A stretch of DNA of 63,509 nucleotides, filler included, from Atractiella rhizophila (Eukaryota), in the NCBI GenBank assembly GCA_021432655.1. It is 4 parts of 3 records of this genome, joined end to end, with 100 filler letters (N's around TTAATTAATTAA, not from the genome) between each part and the next. Parts side by side here need not be neighbours in the genome. Positions count along the whole stretch, not along the records: positions 1 to 27,318 come from MU271745.1; 3 more parts are not named here. The stretch is one strand, 5' to 3'. Shown piece after piece: positions 12,888 to 25,779 of the stretch. The position numbers and the translations under genes were made by a program. Each line of letters opens with the position of its first letter. The stretch's first letter is position 1. Under the pieces are notes generated by a model, which worked only from the letters and a program-made list of their open reading frames with translations, was not told the DNA's origin and searched no databases.

Positions 12888-15800
12888 TCACTGCCACAGG
12901 ATTCCCTTATCCAACACCCTATGAACAGTCAACAGTCCACTCTTCAGTTCATCGATCTTATAGCTCTGCGTATCCACCTTCCCGTGACTGACGTCAAAAA
13001 CTCTGATCTTCTTCTTCTTCGCATCGTAATCAGCCACGACAGCGAACAGAGGCTCATTGGGTCCTCCGACCTTAAGGGATGAGCCTATCTTGCCCTTGAA
13101 TTTGCAGTCCCAAGCAGCAGTAATGTCTCCTGGTCGAGGCTCATCTATTTCTTCGAGAGAGAGATGCTTCGAATCTGATACCTTAGAAGCAACAAACACT
13201 TTGAGGCCGTAGGATGAACCAACGCGCGGTAGAGCGTTCGGGATACTGGAGACGATCCCATCAATGTATCCGGCACGCGCATCCGTCGTTCCCCTCGCTC
13301 TTCCCCAGATCTGAGAGCCGATGGTCTGTGAGAATTGCGCGAGATCTCGCTGCAACTGGCGAGCAGAGAGGGCTCCAACAATCCGTTGAGAGATTGAGGT
13401 ATTGTGATCGTCTCTGTCTCCATCAGCAAAGGAGAGGTCCACTACTGTCCTGGAATAATCATCGAAGACAACATTGATTTGATACGTGAAGAAAGCAGTG
13501 CCAGACTGGATCGCAGATGTGCCAGTGATCTCTGTCCTCGTGTCTGGAAGATGAAATGAGGCCGGTACACGAAGTGGTTTCGCGTGCCACCATTTGGAAT
13601 CGAGGGAAAGATCAATCTCATGAGCTTTGGATCCTGGGTGTGCCCTCAGGTCAAGCGATCCACGAACCTTTCCCGGGACAGAAGGAGGAGAGATATGGTA
13701 GTCATGATAACTTCCCTGAGAAGTGACATGGGCCAACTGCTCATGAGCAGGAGGAGATGCTTCCATCGGTCTTGGACCTGAAGGTCCCTCCATGGAGGGT
13801 CGGGGAAGATCCGTAGAAAGTCGAGGTCTCCCAGCCGGGAGAGGTGGTGGAGGTGCATCATCTCCGTTATTGAAAGCACTGTCCATCTCCTGAGCAAACT
13901 CTTCAATTTGACTTGGATGCTGCTCTAGCGTCGGAGGACGGCGCGTTGGAGGCACGGAGCTATGCGAAGCGCTGGAGCCTTGTCGTCGAGAGGATGCCGT
14001 TGTGGCAGATCGCCCATGAGCTGGCACTGGCGGTGCTTCGGATATCAAAGCCTCTGGCTCTTCTTGCACGTTGTCTGCGACAATGGGCTGAGGTTCAGGT
14101 TGAGACGGTAGTGCTCGTAGTGGACGACCTGAGGGAAGTGCAGGAGGTGCCTCCTCTTCATCCTCCTCTCCGCCGGATTCTTCCTTTTCCTCATCGTTGG
14201 CAGGTTTCTCCTCAGCAGGGGCAGAGGGAGTCCGCATGGGCATGATTCCAGGCAGAGCAACACCACCCATTGGCACTCCCCTTCTCGGAGGGGGGAGCGC
14301 CGGCGGTTTCTCTTCCTCTTCCGCTTCTACTCATCACATCAGCATGCTGTCAAATGAAAGCAAGGGCGGGACAAAAATCGCACCATCCTCCTGTGTCTTC
14401 TCCCGAGTTTCCTCTTCAGTCGGCTGTCTCGGTGGTGCCTTCTTCGGAGGTGGTCTCATCCCCATAATGGGCATCCCAGCGAAAGCGGCCCGTCCACCAA
14501 GTTTCGCCATGCGCTCCGCAAGGGCAGTTTTCCTTGCCACCTCTGGATCCTCTTCTTCCTGCTTCTCCGCCTCGGGCTCTGATCCAACGAGAGGAGGAGA
14601 CATCTTCGGGGGAGAAGCGACTGGTGGGGCTGCAGCTGGAGGAGAAGATACCTGATGAGCTGGAACGGTGGCAGGCGGCCGTTGCCCAGATGGAGGGACT
14701 GTGGGAGGGACAGATTCTTCCTCGTCAGACTCTTCCGCCGTCATAGGAGGGACGATAGGTAATTCCAGCTCCTTTCTTTCGCCGATCTCCTGAACGGTAG
14801 GCGGCGGCGGCGGAGGGCTATCCTCTAGTACCTGAGCAGCAGCCTCCTTTTCCTCCTTGACTGCTGCATCCTCGCCGTCAGGGTGACCTTCCAACCGCTC
14901 CTTCTCATCCTCTAAGCTCTTCTCCAATTTCTCCAATCCCTCCTCACTCTTCACTTCTTTAGTTCCCTCCACCTCGTCCTCCAGCGCTCTATCTACCTCT
15001 TTCACTTCCTCAACTTTTAATCCTCCATCATCGTCTGGAGGAGTGAGAGAAGATGTAGGAACAGGTGGAGGTGGAACAGCTGGGACCACGTCTTCCTCTT
15101 TCAGCTCAGCAGTCGTAGTAGCAGGGGTAGAGGTATTGCTCTTGCTCGATCCTCCCTTCCTCTTCGGCGGTGCAGCTCTCTTCGGGAGCGCAGGCATGGC
15201 AGCACCAGCGAGGGGAGGGGAAGCCGCTTCTGTGATTGGGGGAGATTGCACAGGCGGGGATTCGACGAGTGGAGGAGAGGCGGTTTCTTCAGCCGGAGGA
15301 GAAGCCGCTGAAGCTGGTGGGGGAGCAGGCTGTGGCTTGCCTGGGATGGGAGGACGGGCACCGAACATTCCCATGCCCATGCCCATACCACCTCCGAGTT
15401 TAGCCATCCGAGCCGCGATCCTAGCTCGTCGTTCTTTCTCCTCCTGCTCCTCGTCCACCTCCCCCTTTTCCCCCTCCTCTTCTTGCTTCTCCCCCTCCTC
15501 TTCCCCACCATCTCCAGAGCCAGAGGCACCGCCACTTGTGGTTCTTGAGAGCATGGGTGGCCGTCCAATACCCATGAGCGGCATTGGAGGGCTTGCACTA
15601 GTCGCTACTTCTCCTTCTTCAGCAGGTGGTGGAGGTGGCGCCGGAGGCCGCTTCCATACCTTCCCTGTTCCTGCTGGTTTAGGAGGCGGCGGTGGAGCAG
15701 CACCACCCATCCCACCTTGGAGCGCAGCCATGCGCTCCTTCAAACTGAGTCCTTTGCCAATGCTCGCTTTCGCATCGGCGGCGGAGAACTCGCCATCTTT

Positions 15801-16784
15801 CTTTTGTTCCTTCCCCTTCTCTTCCGACGCATCACTGACCGGAACTGCAGGCGCGTTTGCCGGTGGAGATGGAGTGTTGGCTGGTACGGGAGGTGGCATC
15901 GCCTTCCGAAAGGCGGCAGGTTTCGCCGCGCGCGGTGGTGGACCAGCAGCAGCTGGAGACGGTCGATTGAATGCGGCGATACGGTCGCGGAAGGATCCCA
16001 CTGGCTTGGTCTCTTGTTCTCCTCCTTCTCCTGGTGCGGATGCTGGAGTAGATGGAGGTGGTTTGGGTGCGGCTGCTTTAGGAGGAGAGGCGGGCAGCTG
16101 TGGTGGAGACGACGGGGCTTCTGGCGCTGGAGTTAGAGGTTGAGGAGTTGGAGCGAGCGCTGCTGCACTGGGCAAGTGCGGAGCTGGTGGAGGCGGTGAG
16201 GTCTCAGGTAGTGGAGTTGCGACTTGCGGCGTAGCTGAAGGGGGAGCGACGGTTTTGTCCTCGTCGTCCTTCTGAGCTGCAGCAGGTGGGGATTCCACAG
16301 CTTCGGGAATGGCGTTCAGGATCTCATCCGGCGACGCTGGAGAAACGGCAGGCACGTCGGTGTTTGCAGGCGTGGGAACAGGTTCCACGACACCTCCTGA
16401 CGTCTCTTGCGGAGGCGGTGGAGGTGGTTGCAACAGCTCTTCAGGCTCAGGCTGGAGCTCCTCCGAGCTCGGGACCTCATCGATGAGTTTCGCCTCCTTC
16501 TCATCGTTCGGCGGATCGTGTGTCACATCATCCTCTTCTTCCACCACAGCTGCAGGTGCAGGTGCAGGAGGCGGTTCTTCGCCCTCCACCCGTTCGACAA
16601 AGGCAGCGGGGAACACACCTTCGATCCCCTCCGACGTAACGCCTTTCAGCCATTCTCCTTCGTCATCGGCCGCCTCCAAGACTGTGAGTTTGTCACCCTT
16701 GACGAACGCGAGCTTCCCTGCGCCAGGTGGTGACTTGTATTTCATTAGCGCGAGGGCGGGGTACGGATACGACTCCGAGGCCAT
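12888..16784 (-). CDS. BBC1: SH3-domain, proline-rich myosin-tail-interacting protein (Bbc1/Mti1-like)
   Basis: N-terminal SH3 (ALMKYKS..LAFVKGDKL..EWLKG..EGVFPAAFV), Pro/Glu-rich body with ERMAKLGG repeats, and a C-terminal domain ending KKKKIRVF..SYKIDELKSGLLTVHRV. One intron at 14327-14383. Confidence 0.85.
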
Positions 16785-17151
16785 CTAGTCCTTGCCATTA
16801 GATCTTTCGCCTGTCACTACGGGGACAGCTGAGCTCACGGTGAGTGTAGCTTCCTTGCAGCACTTCCTGGGACGTCGATATGATCGTGGGTTCGGGAGGG
16901 GTGGTAACGAGGTTGTCTCTCATTGTCCGACTACTCCCACCAACAGTTTCTGATCTTGAGGGTGAAAGGTGGGACGTCGAGTAGCAGTTAGACAAATTGG
17001 TATCATCCGATATACCCTGAGCTCATAAGAAGTCTAGAAGAGTACATTCAGGCAACCGAGGTGGATAAACGAGATTATATCGACAATATAAAGCTGCTAC
17101 TGAGTATTTCTACACTTGAGATCGGGTACAAACTCTCAACGTATGAATGTA

Positions 17152-18827
17152 TCAGTCTAGATCCTCACTCATTGTTCTAACCTGCCCGATGGGTAAGAAG
17201 TCGCTCATCCGTAACGGCCTCATCTGTAAGTCCTACATCAAGTGTTCCTCTCAATCAATGGAAAACATCCCCTTCGAAGGAAGGACTTGCCTCTTTCCCC
17301 TCTAGAGCTCCGTCATACATCCTCATGAACTCTCTCACCGGCCCCATCGCCGCCTCTCTACAAAGCTCCTTTAAGTCGCTCCCACTCATCCCGTGCGTCT
17401 CCAATGCTACTTGCTCAATCGAGAATTTGTCCTCGAGGGCAATGTCACGCAAGTAGAGAGAGAGAATCTTATTGCGCTCTTTGACGCCAGGGAGTGGGAC
17501 GGGACACCGTTTGGGGAGACGGCGGAGAAATGCCTTTCATGTGCCCTTGATTAGCAAGATTGGCCCTCTCACAAGGGAATGGGGACGAACGTCGTCAATA
17601 TCTTGTACCCGGTTCGTTGCGCCGAGAACAAGAACGCGCGAAGAGGATGTGGTTGATAGTCCATCCCAGAGGGAAAGGAGCTCTGATTTCCTATCCGGCA
17701 CAGTAGGCTATAAACTTTGTCGAGCCGATAAAGGGGAAATGGTTACACACACTGGGTTGAAAGATTAGAGAAGCTGTGACGGAGCTAGCTGAAGACACGT
17801 ACTCATGCCTGTCACTTCATGGTCTGACATACTCCGCTGCCGTAAAAAGGAGTCGATCTCATCGATAAAAATGATCTGTTCAGTGGCGTGAGGCAAGAAT
17901 AAGTGTTGGCGCACTAAACTGACCGTTGGTTCGAGCTTTTTAGCTAATGAAAATACGGCATTGACCAGTTTATTCGATTCTCCAAACCTACATTCCAATT
18001 ATTAACTTTCCTACTAAATGGAAGAGATAGAACGCACCACTTGTCCGTCAGTGTTGACATTTTCAAGTTGATGAAAGCTGCGCCAGATTCCTTTGCAAGT
18101 GCTTTGGCGAGCATGGTCTTTCCGCACCCTGCGAACATTGAACAAATTCAGTGAACTTGAACGATAGACAGATGTTGGAGTACTAACCTGGAGGTCCATG
18201 TAACAGCACGCCTTTTGGAGCGCCAAAGAGCCCCGCTGAGGACTCGAACACCTGAGGATGTGTGAGGGGAAAGATGACGGATTCTCGCAGCTGTCCAATA
18301 ATGTTTTCAAGACCGCCAATATCTGTTACCATCACCCATATTCTATCACATCTGCTACGGAGCCCGTTCCTCCAAGATAAATAGGCGCACCTTGAAAACC
18401 ACAGTCTATGTCTTTTGGGACGACGAGCTCTTGGGCTATTATCATCTCGTGCTCTGTGAGCACCAATTTTCCTCCTTTTTGCCTCTTTCCAAGTCCAGCG
18501 TCTGTAAGAGCCTGTGCAGCCTTGCTCTTTGCATCTTTCGTTTTGGACTTCGTTGGGTCAGTGGCGTCGAGGACCCACTATTCGACAGGATGTGAATGAG
18601 CTCAGAACCCTCCACGTAACAATAGATTGAACGCACTTTGAACGTGTAATAGAAAGCAACCTGCCCATTTTCATCAGCTTTGCACAGGACGAATGGTGCA
18701 GACACACCTGGGCAATGGCCAGTATGGCAACTTTACCACTCCATCAGCACCACACTCAACTGCCTCTTGGTGAAGAGATGAGCTTACCATCTGCTAAAAA
18801 CTTGGTGGGAATTGTCTTTGGTGCCAT
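17152..18827 (-). CDS. MSP1: Membrane-anchored AAA+ dislocase Msp1/ATAD1 (multi-exon, includes a 1-nt exon at 17751)
   Basis: N-terminal TM segment, [19 protein letters not shown] (Walker A), [20 protein letters not shown] (Walker B), [32 protein letters not shown] and [15 protein letters not shown]. Confidence 0.95.
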
Positions 18828-20108
18828 CCTGCTTGACTGTCCAAAGGGCAAGAGTTGTGAATTTCGGTTATGGAACGACGGGAATGTACGTACGCTTTGT
18901 ATGTACACCTTAAGTTATGGCGGGAAGGTTTCCCTTGCTGGAAAGGAACTTGCATAACGCTGGAAGCTCTGGCTTCAGAGCCACACCTAGCCGATATCCC
19001 CGTTACCTCGCGAACTCCTCATTCATGTTTTCACGATGGTCCTCTACCATACTTACGCTCGGCTGGAGCTCTCCAAGCTCTCCCTCGCTCGACGGTCCTT
19101 GGTCCTCTATGGTCTAGCCCTCCATGCCCACGAACACTACTGCTAACTGCCACCCGTCCACGGTGCTGGCGTATCGTATTCTCAACCACGACTCCTCCTG
19201 GGAAATTTAGTCAGAGCTATTTTTCTTGTCCACCTGAAGCTCTACAGGAGAAGCGGCAGCAACGGCCCCAGCCCACTTGATCTCCCTCTGCAGTCGAATT
19301 CGACGTTTGTGTCTGCAATTGTCTCATAACTGCGTTTACTCTCCTTGGTCACATCATTTCCACCAAGCTCCAACTTTTAGCTCCTTCCAATCTTTGCAAT
19401 TCGTCCAGAACGCTGGTGACAGAACGTTCGCTGTCTTTGCTAGAAAATCTTCAAAGCCTTCGACATGCAAAGATGTCTAATTATAATCGTTCCATAGAGA
19501 ACTTTCCGAATCTATGTATCAGGTTTGTGAGGCGAGAAAAAGCGGCACAACATTACCAACTTGTGAGCAATTGGTAAGAGCGAGCGCAAGAACTAAAGAT
19601 CTCATCGCGACAAAGGCGAGAAACTGATCTCTCCCTTGCCTTGCACTCAAACAATCAGAATTATTACCTCCCGCATTAGTCCGCCATCGCAGCACATCTG
19701 ATAACTCCCCACGAGAGCCTTTATAATTGCACACCAGGCCGACAACAAATCGTCCAACCTGTTCTAGGAACGATGATAGAATCACAAGAAAATACTCAGG
19801 CTGCACATGATTGGCAGCTCTCCTTCCTCTCCTCCCCTCCCTAAATCTAAGTGGCAGCTTCCGCTCCTCCTTACTCCTGTCCACGATTCAGCTTGTTATC
19901 AAGCGCGACCTGACGTATGACCGATTTGCAGTCTACAGAGGCGAACATCTTGGAGAGAGAAGCAGAGCAAGGTTGGTCAAAATACAGAATGTAACGTGAC
20001 TTTGTTACTCCGGCGAATTCCGACGGATACGATAAATCCAATATTCCCGCTGTGGTAGGTTTTGTGTCTTTTGTTCCACTCTCTTACCGCGAGGACAAGC
20101 AAACCATC

Positions 20109-20960
20109 ATGGCCTCTGTTGCTGCCTGCATTTTCTGCAAAATCATAAAGTGCTTTTCCTTTGCGATCGAATAACTGATGCTGACGGTGCATAGAGGAGA
20201 GATCCCGAGCTTTAAGCTCGTGGAAACGAGCAGCATGTGAGTCAACGTCCTCTTCCAATGTCTGCTTGACAGACTGATTCATGGGTGGGGATAGATACGC
20301 CTTCCTTGGTATTCGTTCGCTCACATCATCACCCAGTATGCCGGGCTGATGGCCACGGTCAGATATCGGACCCATTGCAAAGGGACACGCTCTCGTCATT
20401 CCGAAACGTTCGTATGACCTCTGCCTGTCTTTCTCTCTCCCTAGACTCCACTCGTCTCGCTACTCCACCTGCCAGTGAATCGCATGCTTATGTTTTTGAA
20501 TATTCGCCCCAACAGATCATGCCGTCAAATTCCATGAGCTCCCAGATGATGCATTGACCGATATCTTGCCTGCTGCTAAGAAGATTGCTCTGGCTTTGGG
20601 ATGCGAAAATTACAATCTGCTACAGGTAAGTCCCGATTACCACCTTTCCTCTCCGCCCAGTGATCTGACTGTTGCTTTGCGTGAGGATAGAATAATGGCA
20701 AGATAGCACACCAAGTCCGTTTTCGTCTGCTCTCTTTACACGTAGATGCTGACCTCGGTGATGCTGGATAGTTTGTAGACCACGTTCACTTCCACAGTTA
20801 GTACCCCCTAAAAGCCCGCTCTTTCCTCCAATCTCACGACACCGGAACAGTCATCCCCAAACCGAACGATAAGGAAGGTTTAGGGGTAGGATGGCCGCAA
20901 TTGAATATGAGCAAGGAGGAGTTGGGCAAGTTTTATGAGGAACTGAAGCCCAAGCTCTAG
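20109..20960 (+). CDS. HNT1: HIT-family adenosine 5'-monophosphoramidase (Hint/Hnt1), about 8 exons
   Basis: Spliced translation: MASVAACIFCKIIKGEIPSFKL..YAFLDIGPIAKGHALVIPK..NYNLLQNNGKIAHQFVDHVHFHIIPKP..GLGVGWP. HIT motif HVHFH is intact. The ORF track misses it because the exons are tiny. Confidence 0.93.
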
Positions 20961-21187
20961 ATTCCGTCACCAGGCTGAAGGTCAGGAAAGAATAAGAGGT
21001 CATGTATTTCAAACAGAAACAGAAAGTGAACCGTTGAAAATAACACCATTACTGCGCCATGCATCGTATTTCTGGTTGCTGTCCGTTAGATTCCGTCAAT
21101 AACAACCATTATTACGCATTATCACTGGCACCACCCCATCCTCTATCCAGTTGCGCCGTCGTCCCATTGTGCTGCACATAAGGTGAA

Positions 21188-21974
21188 TTACAGAATCAGT
21201 GACGAATTGTCGCTGGGATGCAACTTCCCGTCCAATTTCGTCAGCAGTCCCCAGACAGCGGCTGTCGACCTTCCAGTCTCAGAACACTGCTGCCTCGCAT
21301 CAGTATCAATGTTTCCCAGGACCCAATCAGCAGCGGTTGTCCCCTCCGGTGGCTTCCCAATACCCACACGAATACGCCAAAAGAAATCGAAGCCTTTCAA
21401 CGACGTCACTGTATCTTTCACTCCATTATGACCCCTCGCCGAACCGCCGAACTTCGCTGCCACCTTTCCCGCAGGGAGATACATGTCATCATGCAAAAGA
21501 ACGAGGGAGGAAGGATGAAGGGAGAGCAGAGAGAGAGCGCGGAAGATAGGACGCCCGGACAGGTTCATGGGCACTAGTGGTTGCAGGAGGTGAAGATTCA
21601 GGTTTGGGAAAGAGCAGAGGCGGCCCGGAAGCTTCCCATTTCGCTCGAAGGAGGTCTGGCGTTGAAGGTACCCTGGAAGGCTGTGTAGAACAAGTTGGCC
21701 TATCTTCAAATGACGTGAGATTCTCGACGCGTATGAGGATACTGGGTGATGATAACATCAAATCTTGCCGATGCGCCAGCATAGAGGCAAAATTGTTCAA
21801 GATGGCTTAATTATTTACCTGCATGGGATAAGAGGATGGACGCGAGTATTACTGCGTTGAAGAATTGGAGGAATGGGAGGGGAAGAAACCTACAGAATGC
21901 CTGGTGAAGGGATAGTCGTGATTCCCCAATCCAACTACTAAGAGCTCCCGCCTCAAAGCTTTGACATGAGACAT
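21188..21974 (-). CDS. PTH1: Peptidyl-tRNA hydrolase (bacterial-type Pth)
   Basis: Exon 1 MSHVKALRRELLVVGLGNHDYPFTRHS; intron 21704-21893; exon 2 IGQ..PMNLSG..LVLLHDD..GGSARGHNGVK..RIRVGIGKP. Confidence 0.92.
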
Positions 21975-22436
21975 ATGACCTCCAGAAGATCCTAGCCAAT
22001 ACCTCTTTTCTGCTCCAATAACACACAATCTAACTCCTTCTCAAGAAGTGTTATTTGTCCGACACAAATTCTAGGCCAGCTAAGCTTCGGTTCCGTAAAC
22101 ATTGACAATCATTGCAAAAAGGCGAGCTTATTGAAAGTGGAAAGATCCAATCAATTTGTAGAAGAAAGTGGTGGGTTTGAACACGATTTCAGGTCCGTTT
22201 TCTGTAATCTACGTAGTCCTAGTCCTAGTGTCATACTCTATCAGTCGAGTTTTGGGGAGAGCTCTTCAAAGTCGATATCTGCGATTGCAATTGGTTAAAC
22301 TCCCCTTCTGAACTATTGTACCATCTTACGTATCCAGTACGTGGAACTGGAAAGCACACGCTCCTCTATTATTCTAGCTCACTACTATTCTGATGTTTCG
22401 CCTGACTTCTATCCTCTCCGCTTTCCTTTTATTCCA

Positions 22437-23265
22437 TTACCTTTGATTTCGCTTCCTCTTGCAATGACCCCCTTCCTCACAATCATATGGTGGGTCTGCC
22501 TCACTATCTCTGCCACGACTATTCGGCTTCTGCAGTTGCTGTAACAACTCCTGCAACCCCGCAATCCTCCTCCTCTTTGCATTTGGGAGTCCTGCATCCT
22601 CAGCGTTTCGTTTCCTGCTCCTACCGACTATGAATCGACCTTTATCAATTCTTAAGGGAACTTCACTCGTTTCTGCACCTAGTCCCAAAATCTCGTGCAC
22701 CTCGTCCTCATCATTCTCGTTATGGGATATGGGTGAAACGGCTGTGGAAGGGATTGTCGAGCCCGGAGAAGATAGAGGACCACGACAATGTATCGGGCAA
22801 GAGAGACAAATCATGACCGGTTCTGGCGATTCTTTCCTTGCCAGTGCATCTGTTGTTGATTCGGAGAACGGTGCTGATCTCCCAGCCGACCGTCTGCGCC
22901 GTTTCACTGAATCAATCAGATCCATAATCATCGCTGACTCCCTATTCTTCTTGTATGAAGGGCTCCCCATCAGCTGTTTCGTAGTCCGTCCTGTCCCACT
23001 GATAGGAGTCACGTTTCCCGAAGCAGATCTCCTCGGTGCAGTATGTAGAGAACCTCGTCGCAGATGTTGTGTGGTGACATGTGGAATGGCCTCAGAAATG
23101 GAAGGGGGTGTCGCAATATCTTCCACCACTGAGCGATCATATACCCAAGATATATTGTTCTCCTGCTCCCCGAACAGAGCGTCTGCGAGGCTGAAATTGA
23201 TGTCGGAAGTCATGAAAGGGAGGATAGGAAACCCTGTGACGCGAAGGTGTACGTCAAGCGCCGTC
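22437..23265 (-). CDS. Hypothetical Ser/Pro-rich, probably disordered protein
   Basis: 258-aa ORF with basic clusters (KRRRR, KRRR) and a likely acceptor near 23265. No family recognised. Confidence 0.45.
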
Positions 23266-24330
23266 TAGAAAAAGTCAGAATTGCATACCGAAATGTTTAC
23301 TAGCTTAAGGTTTTTTTTGGAGCTTTCTATTCAGTGTTGTCGAAACACGGCGGTCGAAGTATGTCTTAGTCTCGTAAGGGAATGTGGGCTTTATACACCC
23401 CAGCCAGTCAAAGAATCCTAGAGAGTAGCTGTCGCCCATTCTTGTTGGACTAACAAGCGTGGTTTTCTTTCATGGGAACGTGAAGTGAAGAGATCCAAAT
23501 CCTACAGAGTTCTGCTCCAACAAGACGCAAGGAATTGCTGACAAACAATGCTAGGTTGGTTGAGACAAAGAAATTTATCTCCTTTCATTCCTTAGCGTGG
23601 ATGACCACAAGAAGAAAGAAGACTTGGACAAAGGTACCACCAGTCGTTTGTCACCTTGGATCTCGTGAGACAAATTCATGATTTATGAGGAGCAGCATGA
23701 GGGTGACAATAATGAGTTGCTGTAATCATCCATGCTGTTGATCCCTCTACTTCAAGCCATGTATTAACGGATGTATGCTCAATTAAAGCAGCGCGGATAC
23801 ATCCTCTCTATATCTCCTTGGAAGTCCTGACAGTGTTGCAAAGATAATGTTTCAATGGAGATTGCTTACATTGACACTCATTTTAATATCGTTTACGAGC
23901 CGACATGGTTTTTTCGACACGCAAACAAAACAAGACTAAAACTGGGATATCTGGGAGTTAACGGCGTCGCCTTAACAAGGCCTTTATTGTGATTCGCCAA
24001 TCTCGTGGCAGATGAAGTTTTGCTTAAGTGGTGAATTTGAATAATATAACTGATGCAAGGACTACAAGAAAAATACCGCCAACGTCAAATTTGTTCATCT
24101 GGTTGTCACATACAGGCAAACGTCTGTTAGAACAACATCCAGGTACAAGCGCTGTGACAGCACAAAACGAAGTTCAACGAATTAATATCGCCGGAGCCGG
24201 AAGCTAAAAAATGATATGTCATATTCAACGGTCGTTTGCCAAGCATCGAAAATGGTAAATTTGTGACCAATCCTAGTCTGTGCTCTGACAAGAAAAGCAA
24301 GTACCGGAAAGAGATTGATAGCTGAAGTGT

Positions 24331-24338
24331 TATATAAA
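24331..24338 (+). promoter_or_regulatory. Candidate TATA box
   Basis: TATATAAA about 350 nt upstream of the 164-aa ORF. Confidence 0.3.
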
Positions 24339-24680
24339 ATGCCTAAAGTTGTTGGAATGTTCTAAGACACGGGTCTTCTTTTCTTTCGATATACCTCATC
24401 AGTATCAAAATGTATAACGCAAGAAAGCAGAGAGAATACCAGAGACTATGTGTTCAACTTCGAAACTACCTTCCGACGAAATGTGTCGTTTGGGAGGAAA
24501 CTTTGTAAGTTTTACCCGCCTCATGCGAGAAGTGTGTTCTGTGGTTGATCAGAGCTGCAGTTCCTTCTCTCCCAAGTCTTTCTTTCTCCTAGTTATGCCA
24601 CACAAGGTAGACGACGTCCTCATCCCCGGTATGCATTCACTTGCAACACTTTCGACAGTGGCTAATCTGACGAAGGCGTC

Positions 24681-25175
24681 ATGGTCACCGGCTGCCCAAA
24701 CCTGAATGACGAAGAGATTCTCGCGACATCCTGTAATGCAGCCCCGGAGTACGTCGACTCGAGGTTTCTGTATCCGTCTTGCGAGCAACGCTCCTCAGCC
24801 AACCACTCTACACCGCTCCCTCGAGGGCGAAGCTGGCAGACCAACTTCAACCAATCATTCGTAGCTCGTCCAACTTTTGATCGTGACGCTTATTTCAACG
24901 ATGTCGCGGCGCTGCAAAGGAAGGCGCAGATGTACATGGCTCCACCCTCTCCTGCATCCTCCTCGGCAACGATTGAAGATCACGATTCTGCCTCTGATTG
25001 GGAATCATCGTCGTCTACCTCATCCGTCTTCTCCCTGGCGAGCTCTCTCGCCAGCGATACGGCGGAGATTGTCCCCATTCAACGACCTTCGATTGAGACC
25101 TATCTCTCCCAATGCATTCCGGTCTCGCGTTATTCTTATGAAGAGTGCGAGAATGTGGGCCTTGGATTCTATTGA
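24681..25175 (+). CDS. Hypothetical 164-aa Ser-rich protein
   Basis: ATG-initiated single ORF with protein-like composition. No family recognised. Confidence 0.5.
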   Translation: MVTGCPNLNDEEILATSCNAAPEYVDSRFLYPSCEQRSSANHSTPLPRGRSWQTNFNQSFVARPTFDRDAYFNDVAALQRKAQMYMAPPSPASSSATIEDHDSASDWESSSSTSSVFSLASSLASDTAEIVPIQRPSIETYLSQCIPVSRYSYEECENVGLGFY

Positions 25176-25779
25176 CTGGGCCTGCGAATCTTGTTATTGG
25201 AACTGCTCACCGACAGCTGCGTTTCTCTTCACTGCTCATGGACAGTTGTTGTTCCTAAATGTGTCATGCACTCGTGTGCTCCTGAATTGATTTAGATTAT
25301 CATTATGAAAGCGATAGGCTTGTTCTGTTACTGGGGCTTTCCCCTGCGACGGATCGCCACTGATAATAAGGCTTCATCCTCTCAATCCTGCATGTGGGGT
25401 AAGTATATATTGCAAGAACCACGCAATAACACGGAAATACAGTGTTTGTGATCGTCTAGTACTTGAGTCTCTAAGAGTTTAGGTGAAAGAGTATCGTTCT
25501 GGAAAGACAATCAAGCACAAGCATTGAAGACCTTATGCATCGATACTCCTCCACTCCATAGATTGTAGGTGACATTACTCCTTCAAATCTATAGGGTAAT
25601 TCAAAAACAGCGAAGAAAGACAAAATCTGCGACTGAAAACCAATTCTAACCGGGAAAAGTTACATTTCTTGACATTCGGAGAATGGACATCGCCACAGAA
25701 CTTCATATCAAACGTCAAGATCTGATAACGGATGACTAAAAAGACAGAGGCTAGCGTACCTTCCTAAATGTCCATCTTG

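Noticed and set aside
15043..16143. 366-aa plus-strand ORF and similar antisense ORFs
   Set aside because: Shadow frames of the GC-rich, Pro-rich BBC1 coding sequence.
18870..19999. Possible plus-strand gene divergent from MSP1
   Set aside because: I could not assemble a consistent exon chain or recognise any motif; left uncalled.
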